Positions 24,001-36,700 of a stretch of DNA of 41,264 nt are shown one piece after another. The DNA is taken from positions 1-41,264 of the forward strand of contig NW_014039749.1 in the NCBI RefSeq assembly GCF_001186125.1, in the 5' to 3' direction. Position 1 is the stretch's first letter; each line of letters begins with the position of its first letter. Source of the stretch: Sphaeroforma arctica JP610 (taxonomy: Eukaryota). Made by a program: the position numbers and the translations under genes. The notes under the pieces were generated by a model that had not been told where the DNA came from, made no database searches, and worked only from the letters and a program-made list of their open reading frames with translations.

Positions 24001-25852
24001 ATCAATGTTTTTGCGTTGGCGATAAACTTACAACCTGCATACTCTCTTCGAAAGCACAAGTGTATCTTATTTTGTATGAGTGTGTGAATATACTGCCGGA
24101 TTATTGTGTAATTCGTACACGTGTTTTAACTGTAAAGTATCCTTTTCTTAGCTAGTCGTTCGTAATATGCGCACAGGTTGCCGTTGCCGTTAGCACAACA
24201 GTGCCACAGCTACGGCACTGTGACCGCTGGGTATTGAACATGGGGCGAATGGGTTAGAGATAGTTTCTGATGATGTGATACTAAATACCAATACATAGTG
24301 AGATCCTTGTTTTTGTGTTGGGACCCCCTCTGGGGCCTAGTATGGCTCAACAACGATTTTGTAATGACTCGGGTTAGGTATACTCGTAACATATATTTTG
24401 ATTCTTGTACCAACATACACAGCTTATTGGTGCGTGCGAAACATTCCGCTGAGCACCTTAAACCCCAGCCGGTTGCAGCTTCTTACAGATAGATTCCTGG
24501 ACTATCGCCGCTCACGTATGACTAGTGCACCTGAAAACCACGATAAAGGTACCCGCGGGACAACTCAATTGGCTCTAATCTATACTGTTGTCACAAACTA
24601 CTTTTTGTTCCGCGTGAAGGGTTTCAATCAATGTGCCTTCGCATAGTTCTCGTTCATGAACTGCTTTTCTGCTTTCTATATTAGAATGGGATCAATGTAT
24701 GCTCAACAACAACGGATGCGACCAAATCTTGAAAATCGAGTAGTTGCAATAGTCTGACTGTATCTTTTTTTTATGGAATCAATACAATGTTGTCTGTCCT
24801 TTCCGCAGCTCTGCCAAACCCAACCGACTTGGCTTTAGAGGACCCAGCCGTCCATTTTCCGCGTGTGCAGGTACAATTGAGAATGAGTTCATTTTTCCTT
24901 TTAATTCAGACTAGTTTATCACTGTTTATGACGGCGATGCAATCGTGGTGGATCACTCAGAAATTTGCGATGATGAGATTTCCAGAATATTGCTATAATT
25001 TTAAATTGTTTGAACCCTACCTAAGTTGTCAATGAATGTTCCACTGTAGCGCGACCAACGATTCTTGCCCGCCATCTCCGTTGGTGTGGATGTGATAGAG
25101 CTCTGTGGAGGCTCATCGAAGAAATTAGACGAACTACTCCAAATATATAAGGATTTGCCTTATATTGCCTCTGTAGATGATGCTGACGGGTCTGTTATGC
25201 TGGTGTTCAAGGAGGACGCCACTCCCCATCAGTGTCTTCGAGGTATATTTGGCATGTTGAAGTTCGAATGTCTTTTGAGGGTCAATTTAGCTGAACATGC
25301 ATCGATGGTCGGCAAAGGGTTTGATACTTGAAGGGGTTATAAGTCCGCACGCAGATTTTCGGTTTATAATCCACTACAAATCAAAAATATTAAGCAGTTC
25401 ACTAATAGATCATCTCTGCTGCTCAGGGTACCTGAATGCATGCATATTAAGAGACAGCTCTCGACAATGCCAACGAATAGATCGAACACCTGGTATGTTA
25501 CTTTTGTGCCTGTAGCGGTGCATGTCGTGTTGGAATGCGTGTGCGATTTTGTTGTTGCAACTATACGGCTCGGCTGATCTCTTTTTGTCAATTTTTTCGA
25601 ATACCTTCGCTTGCATTGTTGTGATTAGACGTATCTATTGTGCTGAAATAGTGCACTTCACTTCACCTCACACACCATGAATGCTCTTTCTTAAATCGAA
25701 ACAAATACGGAGCAGCCAGCAGAGTACAACTACTCGAAGCGATAGAGGAAAGCACTGCTGCTCAGGCCGAATATGTTGCACAGCTTGAAAGTACTGGATG
25801 GCATTATAAGCGCTTACAAATAGAGATAAATTCGAATAGAGCTATGTGGTAA
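21087..25852 (+). CDS. RUSF1: RUS1 / DUF647 (root UVB sensitive, C16orf58-like) family membrane protein, 12 exons, 486 aa
   Basis: Exons 21087-21290, 21790-21933, 22440-22605, 22806-22868, 23067-23143, 23569-23692, 23880-23978, 24423-24548, 24809-24870, 25050-25242, 25427-25492, 25716-25852, with all phases consistent (1461 nt). Family motifs: FLPAGYPES, WVLKDGLGQIG, RFDLNAKTW, NNIADITAK, TLNPSRL and the C-terminal LESTGW...RAMW*. The symbol is family-level. Confidence 0.88.
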
Positions 25853-27221
25853 ATGATTGACAGCCCTAACTACTACACGAAGGTGTGGGGGTGTTGGGAT
25901 TAGCGGATGACAGACGCTAGAATCGGTCAAATGAGACATCTGCACGCTTTCCAGATATAAATTCGAGCTCGAGCTATGGTTTAAGAAGATTCGACATCAA
26001 TGACTTCCAAAGTGCTTATTTGCCAAGTTCGAGTGACTCGTTACACCTCTCAGTTGGCCAATTGTAAGAATGAATCTTCGCTTTACCCCGTTGTAACGCG
26101 TAAAGCTTGATGATCGATTCCCTTGTACGTCGGTAGCGATATTTACCTGTTGCGAAAAATTGAATGTAAGCGACTGTGCAGCCCATGTGAATCACGGCTC
26201 TCATGGCGTTTCCGAGCACCAACGAGTCGATGGGAGTCAAGGTGTCTTTTATATTGGAACACCTATCGATATGCACGGGGTTGTAGAAATCACACAAATG
26301 AGAAGGCCCTAAATCAAACGGATCACAATTAAAGAGCAATTGCATTCCCACCAAAGTTGTTTATCAAAATTAGCGGATGAAGATTATAAAAAGGCAATAA
26401 ATACTCGTGTAAATGATGTGCATGTTTGACCCACATACAGTCATATTACGAGGTGTATTTATATATTTAATAGTAGTAGCTAAGCCCTTAAGCTCATGAA
26501 TTGTCAGACATTTCTACTTCTGCGGCTTTGCTTGTGATGCATATGAGTGCCGTTGCGTTTGCTGATTTCAGGCCACTATTTTGTAGATCATGACTGGGAT
26601 TTCCCGGAGGGGTACAACTGATTCTCGTCACAGCTGATTCTCGTCAAGATATTCGTGTATGTGAACGAACCTACAGCACACACTGTTGTACGATAATAAG
26701 CTAACTGTCTGTTCCAGTCGTGTATTGGCGGTATGCACCCGATTACTTATATATATATATATATATATTCACATACACACTATTATATGTATTTGATAGC
26801 ATACATAGCAACACTGACAATACACCCAAGCTGATGAAGTGAGTGCGGCGCCCAAGTGTGTGGAGGATCATCGCGCATGGTGTTGATCGTCACGCTGTGT
26901 TCATTTTATTCTCGTACAGTTTGCTTGTTCCGAACGAAAAGCGGACAACGAAGCATAAATATGTATATGCATGTAATAATACTTGACATACATAGTTTAA
27001 AAGCTATAGTCTTGAATCAAGCAGACAAATGCAAATCTTATCTATTTAAAAAAAAAGAAAGAGTATTCTTTTTTTGATATGGTCAAGCTATGATAGAGAA
27101 ACGAACTTTGTTGACATTGAGTCGGACAATAAGATTGGATGCAACTTCATGATCATGCCACCGGCTCGTTCATATTAACAACGCCATATGAATCCTTTAT
27201 TTATTTTTAGATATTATATTG

Positions 27222-28124
27222 CTATAATTGGCCTACGAATCGTTCCGTGGGCTTTTTTCTTTTGGTGAATTTCGTTAATGAAGTAAAGATTCGCGCAACG
27301 CGGGCTGACCTACGTGGCGATTGGTTGATATACTCACAATCAACTAAATATCTCAGGTTATACCACTTCAAGTGTACGTGTTGCAATAAGTAGCGTATAG
27401 CTCCGTGCACTAGCTGGGATACCAGCATCGTGGGTCCAAGGGTGATTTCAACCACTTTTGATCGCCTTGTCTCTTTTTCAACTAAACTTGCATACAACTG
27501 TGGGGTTGTACTGATAGTGGACTGGTTACCTATTCGAACTATACAGGTTTCTGGATTAAGGCCTGCCTCTTCTCCCACACTGCCCCTTTCAATATATGAT
27601 ATGTTGCCATCACCTGTAAATGTAACTCCGATTTGATCGCTGAAACGTCTGTGGGCTTTGGAGACATGTTTCGGAACGTGAATAACATATTTTGAGAATG
27701 CACTCTGATCCACCAATTCTATGGTAAGCACAGATGAAGTGTCCAGCTGCTCATTCGCGTCTTGAATAACATCGGATACTTTATAAGCCAATGCTTCCAG
27801 AGACAACGCGTTGATCGAGGTCAGCTCGTCACCGAATCTGAGTCCTGCTCTAAAGGCCGCAGTGAATGTGTTGTCTGCGTTGTATCTTTCCACATAAGCT
27901 ATATAAATGGTATTCCCCACAAAAATAAGAAATATACCAAATGCCTGCCCGGCCTCTTTCTTCACCCTAACTTCTCGTCTTCTGGTGGAGAAAAATTCTT
28001 CCCGCCAGCTTGGGCCTTTCTCCCTATGAATTGAGGTATCAATACCGAAAGTATCAGCTATCACTTGTTGACTGTTTGTCCCTGTGTTTTTGGTGTTTAA
28101 GTATGCAAAACTTTGAGACTCTTG
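27222..28124 (-). CDS. Syntenin-like tandem-PDZ protein, single long coding exon, 5' end unresolved
   Basis: REVRVKKEAGQAFGIFL...AGLRFGDELTSIN (PDZ1, with the syntenin-type GLRFGD) followed by QIGVTFTGDGNISYIERGSVGEEAGL...IVRIGNQ (PDZ2). The frame is open to a stop at 28146-28148 with no upstream ATG. There is a likely acceptor ACCAACAG| at 28125/28124. Confidence 0.75.
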   Translation of the reverse strand, partial: QESQSFAYLNTKNTGTNSQQVIADTFGIDTSIHREKGPSWREEFFSTRRREVRVKKEAGQAFGIFLIFVGNTIYIAYVERYNADNTFTAAFRAGLRFGDELTSINALSLEALAYKVSDVIQDANEQLDTSSVLTIELVDQSAFSKYVIHVPKHVSKAHRRFSDQIGVTFTGDGNISYIERGSVGEEAGLNPETCIVRIGNQSTISTTPQLYASLVEKETRRSKVVEITLGPTMLVSQLVHGAIRYLLQHVHLKWYNLRYLVDCEYINQSPRRSARVARIFTSLTKFTKRKKPTERFVGQL

Positions 28125-28149
28125 CTGTTGGTATTTTATATTGCCTCAC

Positions 28150-28720
28150 TGGGGAGTGGTGTCGGGAGTCACTGCTGCCTCTGGTATTTGGGGTCTGGGC
28201 CTCTGGACCTCTGGGGCCCACCTTTGTCCATTGACCTTTAGAGAATAGAGAATTAGGGACTGAGAGTTGAGTGTGTGACTCTGTGCCCTGTTGACTGTGG
28301 AGAGCTGAGACTGTGAAAGTGTGAGTCGTGATTCGTGAAAGTGTGAGTCGTGATTCGTGAAAGTCTCTACAGAGTACAGCGTTTAGAGTACAGACTGCAG
28401 AGTGCAGTCTCTCTCTAGAGTAGTCGTAAAGTAGTGACATCTCACAGTGACACACCAGTCACCAGTCAGTCAGTCACCAGTCACCACTCCGAGTCAGGCA
28501 CTCCGACACTCGCCAGTTGGCAGGGGTGTGTGAGCCTGTGAGCCTGTGAGGCCGCCTGAGGCTGCCGGTGTCGGGCTGTCGCGGTGGGCTGTGGGCTGTG
28601 ACTGTAACTGGAGTCGTGACTCGTGAGTAGTGAGTCGTGAGACTTGACTTGTGTGTGAGGCTGTGACTGTGAGGCTGTGACTCTGTGAGTCGGTGACAGA
28701 CTGAAGTGTGAACTGTGACC
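28150..28720. repeat. Degenerate low-complexity array of GTGA/GAGTC/CTGTGA words
   Basis: Dense recurrence of these words, including a tandem 22-bp GTGTGAGTCGTGATTCGTGAAA duplication at 28319-28362. Confidence 0.7.
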
Positions 28721-28755
28721 TCTTTTTTACAGAAAGAGTTGCCTATTAGTATCGC

Positions 28756-29320
28756 GGATGACTTTATACGGCACTGGTGACAATAAAATCATTAGCCATC
28801 TCAGGTCCAGTTTCCTACCAGTCTCATACCTTTTTCGAGTTTACTTTGCTTTTTTAAGATGTAATAAGCGTGATTTTAGCCCATTTATTGCACTTGTTGT
28901 ATTAGTTCTTTGTCGGCCTCAAAGGAGAGGTCGACGTATGTTATTAGACACGAATAGTGTCAACTGTAAAACCATGGGCGAATCCGAAGCAATAGCTAAG
29001 ACAGAGGACGCCTATATACATGTCTCTAACTGCTAACATATGTCAAGCCCTTAACAGACAAGGACCTGACATAAGTGCAACAAATGGGTTGTATCCGCGC
29101 TACAATATCTAGCATTTAAGTCTAGCGCTTTCAGCCGACAGATAACAAACAAACCGGCAGAAAACAAACACATCTCACAAGTGCTTAAAATCACGCTAAT
29201 TACATTAATACCTATATTTAAGCAAATTAAACTCGAAAAAGTAAAAAGTACGAGACTGGTAAGAAACTGGGCCTGGGGGATTAATAATTTTATTGTCACC
29301 AGTGCCGTATAAAGACATTC
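28756..29320. mobile_element. MITE-like non-autonomous element with ~125-bp imperfect terminal inverted repeats
   Basis: Left end GGATGACTTTATACGGCACTGGTGACAATAAAAT; the reverse complement of the right end is GAATGTCTTTATACGGCACTGGTGACAATAAAAT. Similarity continues inward (CCAGTTTCYTACCAGTCTC, TTTTTCGAGTTTA, AGCGTGATTTTA). There is no coding capacity, and no target-site duplication was seen. Confidence 0.7.
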
Positions 29321-29782
29321 GTCGGCCGTTGGGACTTGGAGTGGGAGTCGGGCATATGCCTATTTTTCAAAAACAAATAGAATAAAAATATTTATGCATG
29401 TACTTTACAAAAAATATAAAGACAATGCATACAAAATGCTTACACCTGATTGAGTGATTGTGTATACTATTCAGAAGAGAGTTATACATTACCAAAACGA
29501 GTCTATCAATCGATCAATTATTGTAAACAATCAATTGTAATACGTATATTTGTACCAGCATCTTTTTCTCGGACTTCTATTCGTCTAAATAGTAAAAACC
29601 GCTATTATTGGCTTTATTACTATTTGTACAATGCAACAGTGAACAGCCCCAACTCTCAACTTCTCAAGTACCCAACTTTCAAGAGCATTGAGCAGTGAGC
29701 CCAGTTAGCCCACTCAGCCCAGTGAACACTGAAACTTGAAAGTGAACAGTCCGTCAGTTATAGCCTTCTAACCGACACTGCT

Positions 29783-29808
29783 CTGATGGGTCGAATTCGA
29801 CCCATCAG
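29783..29808. repeat. Perfect 26-bp palindrome
   Basis: CTGATGGGTCGAATTCGACCCATCAG equals its own reverse complement. Confidence 0.9.
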
Positions 29809-30814
29809 CCAATTGGGTTTTGATTAATCAGCCACAACAAATATTAATCGAATCAAAAGTCTTTTTTACTTAGTGTTCCTTGTAGTTCGGTTAAGGTATT
29901 TGATTTGTTATTTTAAAACAAAACAAAAAACAAAAACCATTGTGATTTGTGAGTGCATTCCATGCCAATCATGCTCATGACTCCAGCACAGAGTCGTACA
30001 ACAGGCAGATATTTACGTAGTATTTACATAGAGACTCTCCGAGAGAGCGAGAGAGTGTCTAAAACTAAATAGAGAGAGAGTACTCACTAGTTACAACTCT
30101 TCAAGAATATGTGCAACCAGCATTCCAGTATCACTCCTTTTTGATTTTGCCCTAAATAGAATCGTATTACTATTTTTAATTAAGGTATTGGCCAAAGCAT
30201 GTTTGCGCATTTGGTGCGTTTGACCAAGCGATTACCTGTGATGATAGAGAATAGTCACTTTTGACTTTTGAGATGATAGAGAATAACACCATTGAGGCAA
30301 ACAACACCAAATATTGAACGGAGGAACCCGGGAATTTTAATTTTTTTACCATAGAGATTGACCGAGAGGCGCAATAAAAATCTATTTCATAGGCCATGAT
30401 TCAAATGCCTTGTATTGACGATTAGTATATGACTAAACGTTGTAGGTTTAATCTCATCCCGATTGGACTATTGATTCAAAAGCTATAAGAGATTCCAATT
30501 TGTATCAGAACTCAAGAACTGGGTCAAAGTCAAACTTGGCACACGTAGAAGTCAAACTTGGCACACGTATCAAAGGTATCACAGGACACAGGCATTTGTA
30601 CAAAATACCACAGCGGCATAGTCTCCTAAATTGGACAAATACAAGCCTTATTTCGATACTTTGTTAAAAAAAACAAACAAAAAATACAACCCGGGAATAT
30701 CAAATCCACCAATCAAATTTCGTTTGCAATGCAAACCAAATCCGTACGAAAGTTTTTAATAAATAGATTTTTTAGAGGACGTATACGGTTTGCGCTACGA
30801 CGATGACGACAGAC

Positions 30815-31320
30815 ATGCTTGCATGCACACATACATGCACACATACATGCACGCATGCATGCACGCATACATGAACATGCATGCATACAGGAACGCAGGC
30901 AGGCACGCAGGCAGGCACGCAGGCAGGCACGCAGGCAGGCACGCAGGCAGGCACGCAGGCAGGCACGCAGGCAGGCCGTTTTTAACGCATTCATGCGTGC
31001 GTGCGAGACAAAATGCATTCACGCATTCAAACGTAAGCCGGTTTGAATTCATTTATGTATTTTTGCATGCATTCAAAACTAGATGAATGCATTCATAAAG
31101 GCATGAATGCATGTACGTATGCGTGCACACACATGAAAATTTGAATGCATTCGTGCAATGGTTCATGAATTTACGTATTTGAAACTGTATGCTTGTTTGT
31201 GTATGCTTTCAAAATTGCATGCATACATGCAGTTTTGAATGCATTCATACTTGTATACATGCAGTTTTGAATGCATTCATACTTGCATACATGCAAAAAT
31301 ATATGAATGCATTTTGGAAT
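30815..31320. repeat. (GCAGGCAC)n-type minisatellite with flanking ATGC/GCAT-rich repeats
   Basis: The 12-bp unit GCAGGCAGGCAC is repeated about 6 times at 30895-30975. It is flanked by degenerate CATGCA and GAATGCATTCA repeats. Confidence 0.9.
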
Positions 31321-31649
31321 GAATTTATGATAAAGCAAGGACGATCAACGAATAGAAATAATGGTAAATATCACAAAAAAACAAAACGATACTGACTACA
31401 GTTTACAAAAAGAACGACCGAATAAGCGCACTATAAGTAAGAGGTAAAGACTTCAAGCCAGGTACTGTATCATGCACATGAAACAACAATAATAAATCAC
31501 GGCTGGGAAGCCGCGGGGAATGCAAGCTTATTATCATAGGGAAAATTTATTTGTTCATATTCAGAAAAAGTACCATGTAAAAAGTAAAGTATTTCTCAAC
31601 CAGTACGGACTGTATTCAACAATACACGCTCTACACGCCCTATCACCAT

Positions 31650-32194
31650 AAAATACACACACGTACACGCTCTCACTCACACACACTCTCTTTTCACGCA
31701 CACTATCACACACACACTCTCTCTCTCATACTCACACTCACACTCACACTTACACTGACATTCATACTCATACACTCTTACTCTCACTCATATTCACACT
31801 CACGCACACATTCACATTCCCATTCACATCCACATCCACATTCACATTCACATTCACGCTCACACTCAACTTTCAGTCTCAGTCTTAGTTTCCCGCACAT
31901 ACATACACTGACACACATACACAGATACATACATACATACATATACACATAACCACAATGTTCTTTTAAATTTTGTCGTATGCATCGCTATGTATAAATA
32001 AATACATACATTTATATATATATGCATGCATGCATGCATACATAAATACAGCATACATAAATACATACATATATACATACATGCATGTATACATGCAGAC
32101 ATACAAACACAAATACATACACACACATACACAAACACACACAAACACGCACACACAGAGAAAAACGCACACACATATTCACACAGAGAGACGA

Positions 32195-32227
<33 letters not shown>

Positions 32228-32800
32228 AATATAAAATTCATATTTACATGCATACATGCATACATACATACACACATACCTAAATATAAGCATACATAAG
32301 CATGCATACATAAATACATGCATACATGCATACATACATACACACATACCTAAATATAAGCATACATAAGCATGCATACATAAATACATGGATACATACA
32401 TACATACATGCATGCATGCCTACATGGATACATACATACATGCTTGGATACATAAATACGTACGTACATACATACATACATATATACATACATATATATA
32501 TATATATATACATATACATATGTATGTGTGCGCGCATACATGCAGACATACGCGAACAAATACACACACAGACACACATACGTACATACATACATACACG
32601 CATACATATATACAAAAATAAATAATTTTAAATTCTGTACTATTCAGCGCTTTACGTTTCATGCATACATACAAAAATGCATGCATACATACATACCTAC
32701 ATACATACATACATGCATGCATACATGTGGACACGCAGACGCAAACACAATGATACATATACTCTCACACAAAAACACATACATGTGTATGTATTTATAT
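31650..32800. repeat. Compound CA / TACA / TA microsatellite
   Basis: Long runs of CACT, CATTCA, TACA and TA, with an internal duplication (CACACATACCTAAATATAAGCATACATAAGCATGCATACATAAATACATG at 32271 and 32341). Confidence 0.9.
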
Positions 32801-33281
32801 AGAAAGACATACACGCTTTGTCTAAATATATTTAGAAGGCTATGTTTTTATATTTCGATAAAATATTTAATAAAGGATACTCTAGCGGGGTCACAAATGA
32901 ACAAAAACTCATTTTGTGCCTATTAATTAGTTGTAAAGGGTCTCAAATGGGCAAACCGCGTTTCAAGCCGGATTTTTAAGCGTCACGAATGTTTTTTGGC
33001 GACAGACAAGAGATCGGTGATAATGTCAATAGAGACTTTTTTAAAAGATGAGCTTCCTTACCCCTATGATTGATTTTACGCCTTAAAAGACCCTACGCGT
33101 CCCAGCCGTGATTTATATATATATATAACAATTATATATGAGATCGGTAGTTCGGTACATACAATTTAATTAAAAATACATGGTACATATGTATCTACCG
33201 ACAATCCATTAACCATAACCTACATACCGAGCTCTGCTCATACCGCCTTCTTTATTTTTTAAAGAAAATATTGTTTCAGCT

Positions 33282-33720
33282 ACTTGCTTGCTGGCGCGTG
33301 TGAGATAGGATTGCTCACCATCCATCGTCCGATGAATCTACCTTCACTGCCGCCCTTCGCTTATCCACCTTCAGAATTAAAAGAAAATGTTTTATATACG
33401 TGTCAGTACCGTGAGAAAAGAGGTTTTATTCGCCGATTGCGTACTGGCGAATACGGCGACCAAACGCTCACCCTGCTTCATCACATGAATGCACCTTCAC
33501 TGTCATCCTTTGACAATTATTCTTATAATACATCTTTAGTATTAGAATGAAGTTTACACATGGACAGAACCGCGAGCAAACACTGCATGAATTTTTAATT
33601 TTATTTGGCTGCTTGCTTACTGGCGTAAGGGATGATTTTGCTAATCAGACCAGCCATCATCCGATGATTCCTGTATTGTATCAAATTTATACCTATCAGA
33701 ACCGCGAGCACACACTACAA
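33282..33720 (-). repeat. Three diverged tandem copies of the terminal acidic exon region
   Basis: Shared blocks include CAG(A/T)ACCG(C/T)GAG at ~33403, ~33565 and ~33697, CCATCRTCCGATGA at ~33322 and ~33654, and ACCTTCACTG at ~33340 and ~33493. Confidence 0.8.
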
Positions 33721-36700
33721 TATCATTGACAGCAAACAACAACAGAAGTACACGGCCACATCCGCATGCACGGAAAAACATTACAAATTTGCGCTCCAAG
33801 TGAAATGAACACGCAGCGCAAGTGCAAAGCGACAATAATTTGCGCAGCAAATTATAATGTGGCTACGTTATAGGGTAGTACTTGGCTGGATGACGAAGAA
33901 TAACCTGTAGTTGAAAAGCAAGAGGGGGAGGGGAGTTCGATCTCCATCCGATTGCGTGAACAAGAACACACAAGCACTACACTCACCATCTTGTTAATTG
34001 TGTCGTAGATGCTATTCGGGGGTATAGGCGATTTTGGTGCCTCCGACGGGAGGGGGCTGGTGGGCTTCAGCTGTTTACCTGTGCGTGCGCATGAAAGCTG
34101 ATTGCTTAGAACACTGTCAGGGTGTACAATATAATTGTATGTTCGAATAAATGTCGAAGTGTGATCTGAGACGAAATCATATGACTCTCGACGTTGATAG
34201 TTCCAACAGTAGTAGGGACCTATTTTCTTCTTCTTTAAAAAACGCATTAAAACCTATTCCGTAAGTAACCATTCCGACCATATCATCGTCTGATCAACAA
34301 TCCCCAGGTCAATCGGTGAGGAGCATACCACTCAACACTCTATCGCTTTGACAAATCCTACATACCCCGCTTGATGTCGTCTAAGAAACTTGATCCGCCT
34401 GCCGCCTTCGTCACGGGTTGGGTGTTCGTAGGCACTTGCTTACCTAACGCTTGTGCAGGTTTAGGCACAGCCGGGCGCGCGAGTTCTTCTGATTTTCTTG
34501 ACCTCGTAGTGACTGTAGAGACGCACGTGGAAACGCGCATAGCCAGAGCGGATGGCCATTTGGGTAATAAGTACATCAGCGTCAATACTCATAGGTAGAT
34601 GCGGCAACAGGAGATGGGTTCTTTGAATTATACAGGCAGGTGAGAATATTCTAGTCTACATATATAGCATACACATAATTTTAAGCACACGCGAAAGTAC
34701 GAGCATATATGGATACACGCACATACAGTTTGTGTTTACCTTGAGGTGAGGCTTGTGGGAAATTATACCTATCGGCGCGCTATGGGTGGGGACAGCTCAA
34801 AAAGATGGGAAGTTGTGAGTGCGAGTGCTCACAACTTTAGACAAAACTTTCATGCATACACAAAGATAGGTTCATACGCACACATGGGAATAAGTATCAC
34901 AGACACAGACAGATAAATTGCATATACCTATCGGCGCGCTATGGGTGGGGACAGCTCAAAAAGATGGGAAGTTGTGAGTGCGAGAGCACACAACTTTAGA
35001 CAAAACTTTCATGCATACTCATAGATAAGTTCATACGCACACATGGGAATTAGTATCACAGACACAGACAGATACATTCCATACATGTTCAAATTAGAAT
35101 CCAGCTTCTATGAATACCGGTGTGGCTGCTGCTATGAAAGTAAGTCCTCGGACAGTGTCAGTGCGAGTGCGCCCATCTGCAGACACGCATATAAGGAAGT
35201 ACATGTATACAGCCACACACACACACATATCAAGCCTGTACAGATACACACATACGTATATTCCATACACTTCTTCGACAATATACTAGTGGAGTACCAT
35301 ACCTGTGGGGGCGGCCACGGGAGGAGGCAATTCATCGGGGATGGACGGCGCGGGGGGAAGCACGTCCATATCATCCTCGTCGTCGGAAAGAGGGGGTGGC
35401 GGAGGAAGGTCGTCTAGGCTGATAGGTTCTTCCGCTGTATTGTGTAGGGGGTTCACATGTTTTGGATCCTCGAGCGTAGACATGACGCCGAAGCTGAAGA
35501 ACAGGCACACGGCTGTGCACAAGATGCCGTACTTGATGCCCTGTAATGCTTCCTCTGTTGGGAGCATATAAACAAAGTTTGTGTGAGAGTATTATTCGAC
35601 TGTTGATCGGTACGAGTGAATCTGATATAGTAAATATATACGTGCACATACGTGCGTCTTTGTGAGAAATATTGTGTGTATGGTTTCTATGGCAAGAAGT
35701 GACATACATACACGAATCTGCACCACAAGGTGATTGTGATAGGGGCTTGTTGTGCCAACAAACCACTTCAGCCAATATTGCCAGGACATATATTCTCTAT
35801 AGGTCATCGACCCATTAAAGGTAATACAGACATGCATGTAAGTATACATAAATACAAACGTAGGGCAAATTCATAGCTTCTTATACTGAACAGCTTGCAT
35901 CTATTCACATTCATACCTTTGTCATGGAAGAAGTGCTGGGTAGACTTGAGCACTCTTAGCACCATCGCCTGGTAGACACCGCAAAAGCCGAGGTAGATGA
36001 AGCCCATCAGCCGAGAGTCGTAGCACCAGGCCAACGTGCCCAGGAAGAACATACATGCGGTGGTGACTGTGTACATAAACCAGTGACCTGTGACGGAGTG
36101 TAGGGTTTAAGCGTGGGTCCTCGGTCGCTCGAGGATGTAGGAAAAGTGGACGTACGGAACCGAACGATCGTTATAATCGAGCAACAAAGGTTGAATAAGG
36201 ATAGGCATCAAAAGCCTATATCAATCGTGAATAGGAATAGGCATCAGAAGTCTATATCAATTAAATAGAGATATTCATCTTGAGTAACCCGAAACAGTTT
36301 CGTTGGAAGTGAAGTTCTAATATTCGACGATGCAAAGGTTGCTTACAACATGCTCGACAGTCGAAGAATTGTCCAAATGGCGTAGTATTTAGTGTATACA
36401 GAACATCAAACCAAATTGAGAACGTCTGATTTCTTTTGACTAACCAAACTTGTATACATTTCATACGGTGAAGTTCCTGATTGAATTTCAATAAGCAAAC
36501 AGGTAAGCCGAAAAACACGCACATGCACATGTGTATATGTATATATGTATATATATATATATATATAATATATTATATATACTATTTGTCTCTCTCTCGC
36601 ATATATATATATATATATACTATTTGTCTCTCTCTCGCGCTATATATATATTATTATATATATATATGTCTTGTCTCTCTCTCGCGCTATAAGTATANNN

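Noticed and set aside
30713..32926. Many overlapping ORFs (CLRA, PACV, YIH repeats)
   Set aside because: They are translations of micro- and minisatellites.
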